A stretch of DNA of 64,000 nucleotides from Liolophura sinensis (taxonomy: Eukaryota): contig NC_088300.1 in NCBI RefSeq assembly GCF_032854445.1, positions 60,534,969-60,598,968 on the forward strand, written 5' to 3'. Positions 1 through 12,021 of this stretch are shown one piece after another. Made by a program: the position numbers and the translations under genes. The notes below the pieces were generated by a model, which saw nothing but the letters and a program-made list of their open reading frames with translations, did no database searches and was not told the DNA's origin. How positions within the stretch are numbered: position 1 is the stretch's first letter; every line of letters starts with the position of its first letter.

Positions 1-3000
1 GCCTAACTTGCGACCCATGAAGTTATGCATCTGAACTTGAGCTAAAATAAACGTCTGTGTGTTCACCTTCACTTCTTTCACTTACCAAAACACAGCTTAA
101 TTAAACGTGTGTTATCAGAAATCCAGTTAACGACAAAATTTTTCATCTACTGTACATCTCGTGTTGGTGAGAATCCATTGGCGCGCTCCTATGGTGCAGA
201 TGGGCCAAGTTGTTCAAATGTGTATTGACCGTTAAGACCGGAGTGAGGCTAACAAATTTTAGGTTTTTTAAGTAATTTTAAAATAATAACCTCGTCCATC
301 TTATGGACTATAAAATTATCGCAAGACACCCATAACAGGAACAATATTTCGTAAGTAACTGTAGTTCGAACTGAAGTCCAATTGGTATTGTATTAAGAAA
401 AAAAAAAGAACAGTATTAAGATTTTAGCCTTGGTTAACCATTGATACATTTTTCAACAACTGACCCCCTATGTATTGCTGCGTGGCGAATAGATGCCTAT
501 CCTTGATTCGAAAGCCGGAGTGATCTCTGTCACTGCCAAACCCAATTTTATAACCATAATGCTGTTATTCTGGTCCATTAATTGCACATTTGGTATTGGA
601 ATTGTCTATATGAATTATCAGATCCAACATCTTCAAAACAAAGCTGAATAGAAATACTGAACAATTAAGTCACTGAACATGATTTCTCATGTAACATGTA
701 GATCTCTTATAATTATAACATGGTTTCGATGGAAGTTCTGATGTACACTTAATAGGCATACATCAACGGAATCAGCACTTTGGCGGCATGGACTCGCCCT
801 GCGACAAGAAGCCATAATATATGTATAAGTACACACCTAATGACTCCTCGTCATATGCCATCAAAATTATTAAGCACGACGTAAAACCCAAAGCATACAT
901 ACATATTCAATACCAGCCAAAAATTATGCCGATAGTTTCGATAGTTACCGATTAGTTTATACAGTACTGAGCTTATTGGTGTTTACAATATCCGTCTTCA
1001 TAACTTTATACGCTGTTCCCGGACCATGTAACGTAGTTCACCAAAAGGGACACAACTTTTACACACCTTAATACAATGAGAGTGATCCCCCTTTTTTCAG
1101 CACTTCAAATTCGCCCAGAACATTTCTTGCGTTTCCGTCATCGGTTAAAACTGGTAACTGCTTCTCTTTGCATACATTCGTTCTAAATGCTTGCTTTATA
1201 TACTTTCTGAGTTGTTCTGGAAACTGATCTTACAATCACTGGCCAGGGAAGTTCATTCTCGTTGAACGTCATGTTTTGACGCCTATAGATATTCCTTCCA
1301 AACTTCCACATCATGATGTTCCAGAAAGATAGAACTATCAAACAGAGGATCCAAGGACATCCTAGCAATTTCCAATGAATGAAAAGAAAAATGATCACAA
1401 ATTGGATTCGTAATAATGGCATATCATCTAACTGGCCTTACATAACCGAGTTGGCAAATTCGAAGGTACTGTATTTCTACAATTTATAACTAACGTAACA
1501 AATTATGTGCAGTTCAATGTTTCCCAGCTACAATATACGTCTTTCGTTCGCGTTGAAGAAAAGGTATCATTTTCCCAAGATGGCATTTCAGTACATTCTG
1601 AAAAGGCATATCATTTCCTTGAAAACAAACACTACTGATATTTTGATTGACGAATTGATCAAACTAACGAGTACGTTTCACCAGGACCGATTTGCTATCT
1701 AATCCTGAGAACCGTATTTATATGCCGTTCAAAATTGTTAGCGTTTTTAGACTGGTGTTAACTTTATTACACACTAAAGTGCACCTTGCTCGGTAGGCCT
1801 GCATGACATGAGACTTTATTTTTTAGATGACTGTTCCCAGAAGTTAGTGCCACAGGACTTATCATGAACTTTCCCCTTTTACGACGGTGGTCACTGCAAA
1901 CCATGCATTCTTGGCAAATTACTGGACACCTCTCTCACATGTGACAAGTGTCACATTGATGAAAGACAGGTGCATGGTCTCCCATGACCTAGATGTAAGA
2001 TTACACAAAAAGCAGAATTCTAATAATTATGGAAAAAGGCGAATCTTCAAACAAGCAGTTCCCAAACACTGCTGCAGTATGAATGATGGGTATTTACACA
2101 TCTTAGAACCAGTCTGTGTGGGAAGGAAATATTAAACATTTTTCGTCAAAGACAAGATGTCCAGGCAAACTCCAGGCCTCTGTAAAATCACAATGTTATG
2201 ACACGAAAAAACTGAATAATCCTAAAGGATACCTTAACTGATTAGACCAGGATGACCTTTGAAAACACTGAAGAATAACACACAACAAATGAAGGTTTAT
2301 ATATAAAGCAAAAACAGTTCCAATAGCTTTGTGTTATTTAGCTTTATGTGCACTGAGAAGAATACAGTTTGATGGTTTATTTTAAAAACACATGATGAGA
2401 ATTTTGTGACTTATTTATTTGGGTTCTTCTAAAGTCACACTTGAGCAACAAAGAACACAAAAAAGTATCTGAAATACACACATGGACAGGAGACTGTATA
2501 TACTTTTCTGGGGAAACATCACAACAACAAGTCATTCTGTTGCCTTTTTTAGATGATTTAAGTTAGATTCAATAAATATGACCACCTTCTTTATACTATC
2601 TACAATGTAAACATAACTGAGAAAAAAAAAAAAAAACACAACAACATAGCACTGACATAAAAAGTCATCGTATCATATGCTTTGGTATCCTTATAATATA
2701 ATTCAGGTACATGTAGCTTGGCCAAAAAAACTGTGGTCAACTTGACAAAAATAAATAAATAAAACTCTCTTGCCAAAAGATTATAGCATTGCAATATCGG
2801 GAATAAACATAACCTCAACTCCATCAAACATTAATCTCATTACTGACTAAAACCTGAACTAAAGACATTTTGATTTCAAAAATCTCAATATTTGGAATGC
2901 ACCTGGCCCTGGCAAAAATCTTAGTTTAGATGTAGCTAAAGGTCGTATTAATAAGCATGCAGAAGTTGTGAGAGTACATGATTCAGAAGTTCTAGAAGGT

Positions 3001-3034
3001 CTGGCAGCAACCTACAGATAGTCATGGGTTTTCT

Positions 3035-3110
3035 CTGGGCTCTGCCTGGTTTCCTCCCACCATAATGCTGGCCACCATCATATAAGTGAAACATTTTTTT
3101 TTTTGTTTGA
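3035..3110 (+). mobile_element. SINE-A fragment
   Basis: Sequence ggctctgcctggtttcctcccaccataatgctggccaccatcatataagtgaaacatttttt. Confidence 0.55.
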
Positions 3111-5524
3111 TATATAAACAGCAGATATGACTGTTTCCCATGACAGACTTTGTTTGATACATAAACAGTATATATGTCTGTTTTCCATGAGAGATTTTGT
3201 TTCTCTGGATCTACTTTTCTGGAGAAGTATTTATACATTGTACATGTACATAAAGTATATTCAACATTAAAATGCAAAATGTAGCATACAGCCAAATGGG
3301 GTTCATATAATCTTAGGGCAAGAGAGTCATATGTCAGGACAAGACTTTAAAATTGTACTGTATTATGCTATACAATAAAAGAAAACACAAACACACATGC
3401 TTTAACATAAATATACATAGGAACAAAACAGAAAAACACAGTACACATGACACACATGTACTGAGTGTTCAGTCAGCATTAAAACTCATAAGCTGTAATA
3501 AATACATACAGGTTTAAAATTGGTTTTTGGTTTGCATGTACAGATCTGATATAAGATAGAGCTAAAGGCATGAAAGCTTGCAACATTTGTAACATGGCCA
3601 GAAATGAGTATAAAATGTAACAATATTTCAACAACAACAAAAAAAGAAAGGAACCACAATTCTTCTCTATCTTACATTAAATTCTGAGAAAAACAGTAAA
3701 AATTTGCTAATATCCTGGATTTCTTTTAGCAGGTCCACACATAATCTGCTTATTAATACTATTATAAGGTAAAATTAAAATAGGTTATTGTGGTATATGT
3801 ATGAAAGTCCAAGGGCACTGTACCTAAAACAAAGCTATTTTCAAACTCACCTAAAATTCAATAGGTTTTTGTGTGTGTGTCAAATTTCACTGATTTGCCA
3901 ACACATAACATAATGTTTTTGATTTAGGACATAATATTAAAAAAAAAAATGTCAAATCATTTTTCAATTTTTTTTTTTGCAAAAGTGTGAAAGCAGCCTA
4001 AATTGTGCATGTTATCATTGCATATACCATACTCTGACCACTGTGAATATGATGATAGCTTTATATTCATGACTAGACCTGTGTAAAGCTCAAAACAACC
4101 TTCATAAAGGTGTTTTCATAAATATTCTCAAGCTGTACCTGCACTTGAATAAAAATAAAGAACCGGTTAATGTTACAGTGTGTAAATATTGATAATATAC
4201 AGAATACATCATTCTGAGACTGACAACAAAGACAACAACACATTAACATGCCAGCAAATTACATCCCATATGACAAGTTTGGGATCTCCCAAACTGAAAC
4301 AAAAAAAAAAAAAAAGGACATTTTTCCAATAAATTCCTCTATCACTTTTGGTCATGTAACTTTGATATTTGCATGTAAAATTATGACAAACCTTGAACTG
4401 ATCTCTCCACTAACATAATGCTGCCTCAATAAAACATATCCATAGAAAAGCCATGTTATGATACAGTTTTGTGTAGCTACTCATACTGTTAATCTACAGA
4501 TACAAGAAAAAAATACAGCTGAACATGATGATGGCCAATGTCAAACTGGTACAATTACTTAAACAGAAAATTACATGTAGTACAACACACTTTTTTTAAG
4601 ACAAAAGCATGTTGTGAGCTTTATAATAAAACATGTTTGCAGTGCTGTGAAAAGTGGTATTTTCCAAAAAAATATTCATCTGGTGGCTGTATAGATCATT
4701 TCTCAATGGTACTTGACTTATAAGAAAGCACTATGGTTTATAAGTACAAGAAACCAAGAAAAGCAAAGAAGAAACCAAGAGGATCAAGTATAAGGGAAAT
4801 ACCCACAATGCACCAGGATCAGGGGGGAAAAGGATCAGTGGATAGGTTACCTTTAAACATGCAAAAGACTGAAAAAACAAATGTGGTACAAAGACAGAGT
4901 CAGCCAACTGTCAAATATCTTAACTGTATTTGGCACTTTTCTTTTTTTACCCTCATCAGGAGAATTATTTCCATACATCAAAACAAATTAAAATCTGTCA
5001 AAGTTTCAAAAGATGTTGACAAAAGAGTAAACAAGTTACCTATAACATGTCTTTAGGCTGTCTAGTCAAAAAAGCAAGAAACACTTCCTCCAAACTCCTA
5101 ATTGCATTTTTGTTGTTGTTGGAATTGTCTCAAAAACTATGTAGTCTACAATGACTAGAGCTGACATGATGCACACAATACAATGCCTAGAGCTGACATG
5201 ATGCACACAACATGTCTAAAAAACATCTAACAACAAAGTCTGGTGAATGAGGGCGACTTTTCAAGAACTGTCCCAAAGGCAATGTATACATACAAACTCT
5301 GTCAGCCTTGTGGCTGAGTGCAACCAAGAGTGACTTTGAAATGAACACAACGATGAGAAGGTTATTTAAAAAGAGCAGAGAGTCAGACCCATGTGCACAT
5401 GTTACATGTTAACTATAAACTTAAAAAATAAAAAACGAGTCTTTCATTAAAGCCTTGTTACAACCATTCCTCCTAACAAGCAGTTCACCAACACAATCCT
5501 TGTCTAGCGTTTAACAATAGTAGC

Positions 5525-5875
5525 TTGTTCAACAAGTACATGATTGTGCAACAACTACACACTTGTACAACAAGTACACACTTGTACAATGAGTACAAAC
5601 TAGTGCAAACAAGTACATAACTGTGCAACAAGTACATAACTATACAACAACTGCAAGCTTGTACAACAAGTACACACTTGTACAATGAGTACAAGCTAGT
5701 ACAACAAGTACACACTTGTACAACAAGTACACACTTTTACAATGAGTACACACTTGTACAATGAGTACAAGCTAGTACAACAAGTACATGACTATACAAC
5801 AACTGCAAGCTTGTACAACAAGTACACACTTGTACAAGCTAGCCTGTACAATGAGTACAAGTTTAATAAGTACTG
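5525..5875. repeat. Minisatellite, roughly 21-bp unit (tgtacaacaagtacacacttg and variants), about 16 copies
   Basis: Visible periodic repetition of gtacaa(c/t)(a/g)agtaca... The ORFs at 5485-5715 (-) and 5742-5927 (+) lie inside it. Confidence 0.85.
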
Positions 5876-7212
5876 TACTGGACACACTTGTATAACAGAT
5901 AAATTGGTACCCATAATGTCAGGTTGATAACCTGTAATGCTATTTTTTTAATATCATTAGCCCTAATTAACAGCCGACTGAAAGAATAGTTGAATACTGG
6001 TATGAAACAACTCAAAAGGCAACTTTTCATGAACAACTGAAACCAGTTCACCAAGTCTGCAGAAGAATAATGTTCAACCTTCAAATAGCTTCTTTTGATT
6101 GAATAAATAATAGACGAGGTAGAAAATGTAAATAACATATTGTTAACAAGACGTCCTAACCCAGCACTACCATACACATCTATGTCAAAACAAAGTAGAG
6201 ATCGTCTGATGTTAATTAAGCTTTTAACAGCTGGTAACACTTTTATTGGCATTAAACAGGAGTATTAAGTAAAATTCTTTCATACAACAGAAAACATGTG
6301 GTAGTTGTTAATTTGAAACATGCAATAGCTACCTTTTTGTCACATTTGTACCTAAAAATATTGGCTCATTCTGAAGTTTACAGTTTTGACAAACTGTAAA
6401 GCACAAGTCCTATACGTACCCAGAAACACTGATGAGAAATACTAAATGTCTAAATACTGTGACAGATTTACAACATGAAATGACTCTTCAAGTGAACTCT
6501 AGAAACTGAAAAGCAATGACCACTGGAAACGAAGGCTTTGTACAAGTCCACTGAAGGGGAAGCAACTCTAAAAGATCACTGGGAGAAAACGTCTGTTGTG
6601 CAGTTGTGAACAGGAGTTCCAGGTTTTCACTTTAGAACTTTACCAGTTCTGTCCTTGTATGTGCATCTACACATAAACACCCCAAACCGAGCTTACAGTA
6701 TCATAATCCTGAGGAATTATCTACAGTTTGAGATTATAGCTCCTCTGTGTGCAGTAGCTGGTCCATTCCTGTCTAATTTGTCAGGAGATTTGTGCCTGCC
6801 ACACACGGTCTGGGGTCTGTGTTCATGAAATCTCACTAGGGGATCACCTGCTGTGGGGAAGAAGGTTAAGGTATTCCAGCTATATCCTCGCACATCCCTC
6901 ACACAGATGTCTCTCTGAAGACGCGGACTGATGTGCCGTACTGCTTGACGTGGATATATTTGGTGGATTCTACCTGTGAGATTTTCACCTGTGTGGAAGG
7001 TACAATAATGTCACTGCTCATCAGGTTACAGGAGGGACTGGCCGTCGGGACAGGCTCTGAAAATATACAACATCAAAAATAAGAACAACGAATTCTGAAA
7101 TAATGATTGCAATCAAATCATGGTTATGCATCGTCCTTACCACAGTGGTGAAATAATGATTATATTCAAATCATGGCCACAGTCCTAAATTAAAGGGACG
7201 CAACTCCTTTAG

Positions 7213-7480
7213 ACTGAAAGAATGCATGCTTGGGGTTTAACATTGTACTCAACAATTTTTTCAGCCATGTGATGACAAAGAGTCATTAGGTGTGTGTACA
7301 TATACTTTGTCTTCTAGTGGCAGTCCATGTCGCCAAAGTGCTGGTGACACTCAAGTATCATGACAACAACACAAGACATCACACCCCACCCAGTAACATT
7401 ATACTGACACCGGGCCAACCAGTCCTGTTTCCTTGCTCTAATATGTCGATTCTGAACCCCAAGTGAGGCAACAACATGCA
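7213..7480 (-). mobile_element. SINE-B subfamily B2 copy
   Basis: Shares the ttggggtttaacattgtactcaacaattttttcagccatgtgatgac end and the ...cattatactgacaccgggccaacca... segment with B1, but has a different central region. Paralogous to 16370-16610. Confidence 0.7.
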
Positions 7481-8017
7481 CTATGTACCACAAAAACAAA
7501 ATGATTTATTATAATTAAATTTTCTGATATCTAATAATGCATAAACCTATGCTCTGAGATGGTATGTATACATATTTTCATGTAAACAGGAGTAACGCTT
7601 CAGTTTATTTAAAACCCTGATCACTCCACTTATAAAATTTCAAGCAGAAACTTCATTATAAAATCAGATAAAATGTTGTAAGATTTATATACTTTTGTTG
7701 GGATTCCTTTGGTGTTTGGACTATTAGTGTACTCTTCTATGATTACACTTTTAGCAAACAAATGAGGCACCTTAAACTGTGTCATACAAACTTATTAGTA
7801 ACTTTCAGGAATTTCTTCCAGAACAGCATCTCACAATTACGAGGCGAACTACAAATAATTAATTTTTAGATATTATCTGAAAAAGGACAATTGTGATCAT
7901 TTCTCTCATCAAGTTTGAACATTCATGCAACAGTTCACACAAGATATTGCATTACATACGCAACTATATATCAAGAACAAAGGTAGAATTGATTTCTGAA
8001 AGGAGGTGAGGTGGTAT

Positions 8018-8112
8018 AAACAAAATTTTATTCATTCATTTATTTATTTAACTGATGTTTTATGTCATACTCAAGAATATTTCACTTATACGACGGTGGC
8101 CAGCTTTATGGT
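8018..8112 (-). mobile_element. SINE-A copy, 5'-truncated
   Basis: The reverse complement reads ccataaagctggccaccgtcgtataagtgaaatattcttgagtatgacataaaacatcagttaaataaataaatgaatgaataaa. Confidence 0.7.
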
Positions 8113-8403
8113 TCCAAACCAAACTTTGACCGTGTTAATACACTCACTAACCAATGCATCACAGTCGCATCGCAGGTCAAGCTGCACATGTAGCATTTAA
8201 CTATCAGCATCAGTACTGTCAAAGAGTTGTTTAACAATATAAAACACCAATCAAACATATAAAGTTCTTGTTTTTCAGTTGGCTGTAGCATCTGTAATGA
8301 TACTTTATTACATATACACTCATTCATTGTAAAATAAAATTGTAAAAACAGAAAATCTAAGTGAATATTATGTTTGGACCAATTTAATGCATGATCAGTT
8401 ACC

Positions 8404-8599
8404 CTAATTCCTCAACCCTTTTGCACATGAACGATTACCTGTCAGTGCAGTGTATGCTCATTTTGATTTTGGAGACAAAACTACAATGGTTAGATTGACA
8501 AATGTGAAGGCTTCATAAAAAGTATCAGGTTATATCAGTCTTCATAATATGCTTGAAAAAATACCTTGCAAAAAGGCAAAAATGTTGAAGAATTACAGC
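8404..8599 (+). mobile_element. Interspersed repeat family C (about 200 bp, MITE/SINE-like) copy, in the probable 3'UTR of the INPP5A-like gene
   Basis: Starts ctaattcctcaaccttttgcacatga and ends gaagaattacag. The conserved core is gattttggagacaaaactacaatggtt. Confidence 0.75.
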
Positions 8600-8860
8600 A
8601 TGAGCCAAATCCTGCCTTACTGCCTCACCTCCTTTGTTAAACGATGCCTGGGTCACCACAATACCAAAATCACAACATCAAACAAATTTTTCATCCGAAA
8701 TAAATGGCTTCCCACAGAAAATCACCTCCAGTGAGATATAACAAAGAAAAACAAAATGTGAATCTCATGCAGAAAAAAAAAAAATTAATAATAAAATAAA
8801 CAAAACATCAACTTACGACAACAAGGGATAAAGTCATGCAGCACACTACAACACAAGCAT

Positions 8861-9550
8861 CTAGAGAATACAGCAACAGTGACGTTTTCGGGGACTCTTC
8901 ACAGCATCAGACAACGGCACAGTCTTGGCAACAATCACCCGCTGAGGTTCCAGAGGGGGACCTGCTTTATGCTGGGACTGAATTTCCACATGTATCGTGG
9001 CTGGGAGAATGTTTTTGGAGATTATGACCGACCCCTGGTTAAGATCCTCGCTCTCTCGAGCAGGGGAGTGGGGCGGGTCACTAGGTGTATTAGGTACGCT
9101 GCTAACATCTGTCTCCATATCACTGGCAATTTTCTCAACCGTGACAAAATCCATGGAGGTCCTCCTCTCCACTGATTCCTCAGATGACGAGCTATGATGG
9201 CGCGTACGTTTTGGCCACCTTAACAACACGCCCTCATACTTTCTAACCTGTTGTGCGCATTCTAAAAAGGATTTCTTCTTTTTCAGCAAGGAGGAGTTAT
9301 TATTCTCTGAGGAAGCACTGTCTGATCCTGCACTAGTGTTTAAGCACTTGTGTCTAATACTGGTAAAAAAGTCAGGGGGGAGGAGGTGTTCTTGCTCAAA
9401 TGTTGCATAATCGTGAATTGAAACATTGTCAAGGAGAATGTTGTCCACCTCTTCTCCGTTAACTGAGACAGTCTGAGGACGAGAGATATGACGATTCACA
9501 ACAGGAGAATTACCTTGACCATTCCTCAGATGAAAGAACAAACAGACTGG
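8861..9550 (-). CDS. INPP5A: INPP5A-like terminal coding exon, with a long Ser-rich insertion and a CaaX box (stop TAG at 8861-8863)
   Basis: Acceptor ttttctgttgccctctgcag. Translation starts PVCLFFHL (human PVFLAFRI) and then runs about 200 aa of Ser/Glu-rich low complexity. It ends ...SPRKRHCCCIL followed by stop; human ends HKCCVVQ. Confidence 0.75.
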   Translation of the reverse strand, partial: PVCLFFHLRNGQGNSPVVNRHISRPQTVSVNGEEVDNILLDNVSIHDYATFEQEHLLPPDFFTSIRHKCLNTSAGSDSASSENNNSSLLKKKKSFLECAQQVRKYEGVLLRWPKRTRHHSSSSEESVERRTSMDFVTVEKIASDMETDVSSVPNTPSDPPHSPARESEDLNQGSVIISKNILPATIHVEIQSQHKAGPPLEPQRVIVAKTVPLSDAVKSPRKRHCCCIL

Positions 9551-9579
9551 CTGCAGAGGGCAACAGAAAAGAGAGAGAG

Positions 9580-9725
9580 ACATCAATTATGAACAACTGA
9601 ATAGTGAGGTGGACATCATTTATGAAAAATTGAACTATGAGATGGACATAGTATATGAACCACTGAATTGTGAGGTGGGCATAATTTATGAACAACTGAA
9701 TAGTGAGGTGGACGTCAACTGTAAA
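9580..9725. repeat. Tandem repeat, roughly 33-bp unit (atttatgaacaactgaatagtgaggtggacatc), about 4.5 copies, in the last INPP5A-like intron
   Basis: Repeated ...tgaa.aactgaa.agtgaggtgg.cat... blocks. Confidence 0.8.
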
Positions 9726-9992
9726 GAAGTCCATCATAGAGAGCATATCATTTCCAAAAAATAAATCAAAAGCTGGACAATCTTTATGAACAAAGGAAAT
9801 GTGAAGAGAACATGTATTTTTTGCTGATACCAGAGACTTGCTGTGCTAATCTTATATGCTGACATTCCCAAAACTGATTCTCAGGTTTTTAAACCATATG
9901 GCTTGTTTCAATCTTACAGTATTTAAGTATAGTTAAAAGCTGCTGTGTATATACTACTATCAGTAAACTTACACATGTATTCTCACACTCAC

Positions 9993-10055
9993 CTTGTGGT
10001 CTCCCATACAAATACTCTTTCCTATCAAGTCATAACTCGGTTTATGTTTTTCGTC
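9993..10055 (-). CDS. INPP5A: INPP5A-like penultimate exon (GDHK catalytic motif)
   Basis: Acceptor tctttttgtttcag and donor GTGAGT. Translation DEKHKPSYDLIGKSICMGDHK versus human SEEKVVTYDHIGPNVCMGDHK. The next exon starts with PV, completing GDHKPV. Confidence 0.85.
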
Positions 10056-10901
10056 CTGAAACAAAAAGATCTCAAACAATGCAATGAAATTCTGCACGAC
10101 AGAAAGATTAAAATGATGACCATAATAAAAAAAAAAAAACAACAGCATACATGGATCTATGGTTTTCAGTTCAACAAATTGCAGATATGTCAACCTAAAC
10201 AAATCAGGGAAGTCCACAGGCATGTGCTGTGGAGCAGTTGCAATGTAAACCCATGTGCAGTGAGGGTATCTTTTCACTATATGTTGACTATACATTATGC
10301 CACAGGCATGTTGTGCCTGCTTCATAGGACGTATCCCAGGCCCTTCTCAAGCAATACACATGAAATATCTAAATTTAGTAGAATTTTAGTAAATTTGAAT
10401 GGATTCTGAAATCCAATATGGCCGCAAATGATGTGACCTACATTACCTATTCCGCGTCTCTTGATGTAACTTTTATGCTTCTACCACATATTAAATTTTT
10501 AGATTCCTGCCTACAGCGATATGTCTTCTGGGAATACAGAATTATAATAATAAAAAGGTGACAGTGAAAACAGGCATTTCCAGCAAAGCTGCTGGAACCC
10601 TTAAATACATGATCCTGTGACAATGCTCAACAGTAGATGTACCTACCATACAAAAATGGACGAAAAGCTTCTCAGCTGCATTCCACTAACTTGCCACTTT
10701 GTACAGTAAGCTCTAGTATAGTAACACTTTTGGTATTAAGGGTGTAAGATATATTGCTATGGTCTATGGATACTGGGACATTCTTTCAGCATCCTGCAGT
10801 GAGTCCACCACAGTCAGTCCACCACAGGCACACCAGTGGCTGGCTACTGGCTTGCCTATATTGTGACCTATTAGCCTGATTAGTACCATACTAAACCTTA
10901 C

Positions 10902-11013
10902 ATCCAGCATCAATTGCTTGGCCCCAGGACTTAGCAGGACTCGGTCACACCATGACGGACAGCGGGTTTTCATATAAGACATCCCATCATTCAGATCTTC
11001 ACTGAACGGGTAA
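10902..11013 (-). CDS. INPP5A: INPP5A-like exon carrying the PxWCDR(I/V)L motif
   Basis: Acceptor ttatttattttattatttag and donor GTAAGG. Translation (S)YPFSEDLNDGMSYMKTRCPSWCDRVLLSPGAKQLMLD versus human SYPYSEDARQGEQYMNTRCPAWCDRILMSPSAKELVL. Confidence 0.85.
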
Positions 11014-11112
11014 CTAAATAATAAAATAAATAATAGTGAATACTGCATAAAGGTAAGACTAAAAAGAGAAGCCATATAACATAACCAGGTAGTAAGACAG
11101 GTCACAAGTCAA

Positions 11113-11455
11113 GAGTGAGTGAGTGAGTGCTTGGGGCTTAACGTCGTACTCAGCAATTTTTCAGTCATGTGACGACGAAGGAATCCTTAGGGTGCATGTA
11201 TGTGTAATGTGCCTCCTTGTTGCAGGACGGATTTCCACCGCTCTTTTACTCAGTGCTGCTTCACTGAGACGACTTACCGAAGGCAAGTAAGCTGCCCCAC
11301 CAGAGCCATTATACTGATATGGGCCAACGAGTCGTTGCACTATCCCCTTCATGCTGAACGCCAAGGGAGGAAGTTACAACTTCCTCTTTTAAAGTCTTAG
11401 GTGTGACTCGATCAAGGATTGATCTTGGATCTACCGCTCCCGAAGCGGACGCAAG
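11113..11455 (-). mobile_element. SINE-B (subfamily B1) copy. Tail with a (CACT)n microsatellite at the low-coordinate end and a tRNA-like head at the high end.
   Basis: The plus strand reads (gagt)n cttggggcttaacgtcgtactcagcaatttttcagtcatgtgacgacg...ggacggatttccaccgctctttt...ttaggtgtgactcgatcaaggattgatcttggatctaccgctcccgaagcggacgc. The reverse complement of its start aligns with the SINE-A tail. Confidence 0.8.
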
Positions 11456-11523
11456 TCAAGAAGTGTCAAGTTTATACCTGTTCTTTCCAACAATTAGAGG
11501 AATATTGTTATTGACAATGCAAA

Positions 11524-12021
11524 AAGTTTCAATGTCATGTATTACACACACTAGGCTTCAATGTCCTGTATTACATACACATACACAAGGTTTCAATGTC
11601 ATGTATTACATACACATACACAAAGCTTCAATCCCATGTATTACATACACATACACAAAGCTTCAATCCCATGTATTACATACACATACACAAAGCTTCA
11701 ATCCCATGTATTACATACACATACACAAAGCTTCAATGTCATGTATTACATACACATACACAAAGCTTCAATGTCATTTATTACATTCATATACACAAAG
11801 CTTCAATATCATGTATTACATACACAAAGCTTCAATGTCATGTATTACATACACATACACAACGCTTCAATGTCATGTATTACATACACATACACAAGGT
11901 TTCAATGTCATGTATTACATTCACATACACAAAGCTTCAATATCATGTATTACATACACAAAGCTTCAATGTCATGTATTACATACACATACACAAAGCT
12001 TCAATGTCATGTATTACATAC
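11524..12021. repeat. Minisatellite, 35-bp unit (caaagcttcaatgtcatgtattacatacacataca) with 28-bp variants, about 14 copies
   Basis: Clear tandem periodicity. The long plus-strand ORFs (248, 157 and 142 aa) are frame-preserving artefacts of this array. Confidence 0.9.

Noticed and set aside
4733-5056. Plus-strand 107-aa lysine-rich ORF (MVYKYKKPRKAKKKPRGSS...)
   Set aside because: A-rich low-complexity DNA naturally yields K-rich frames. There is no Kozak or splice support and no recognisable domain.
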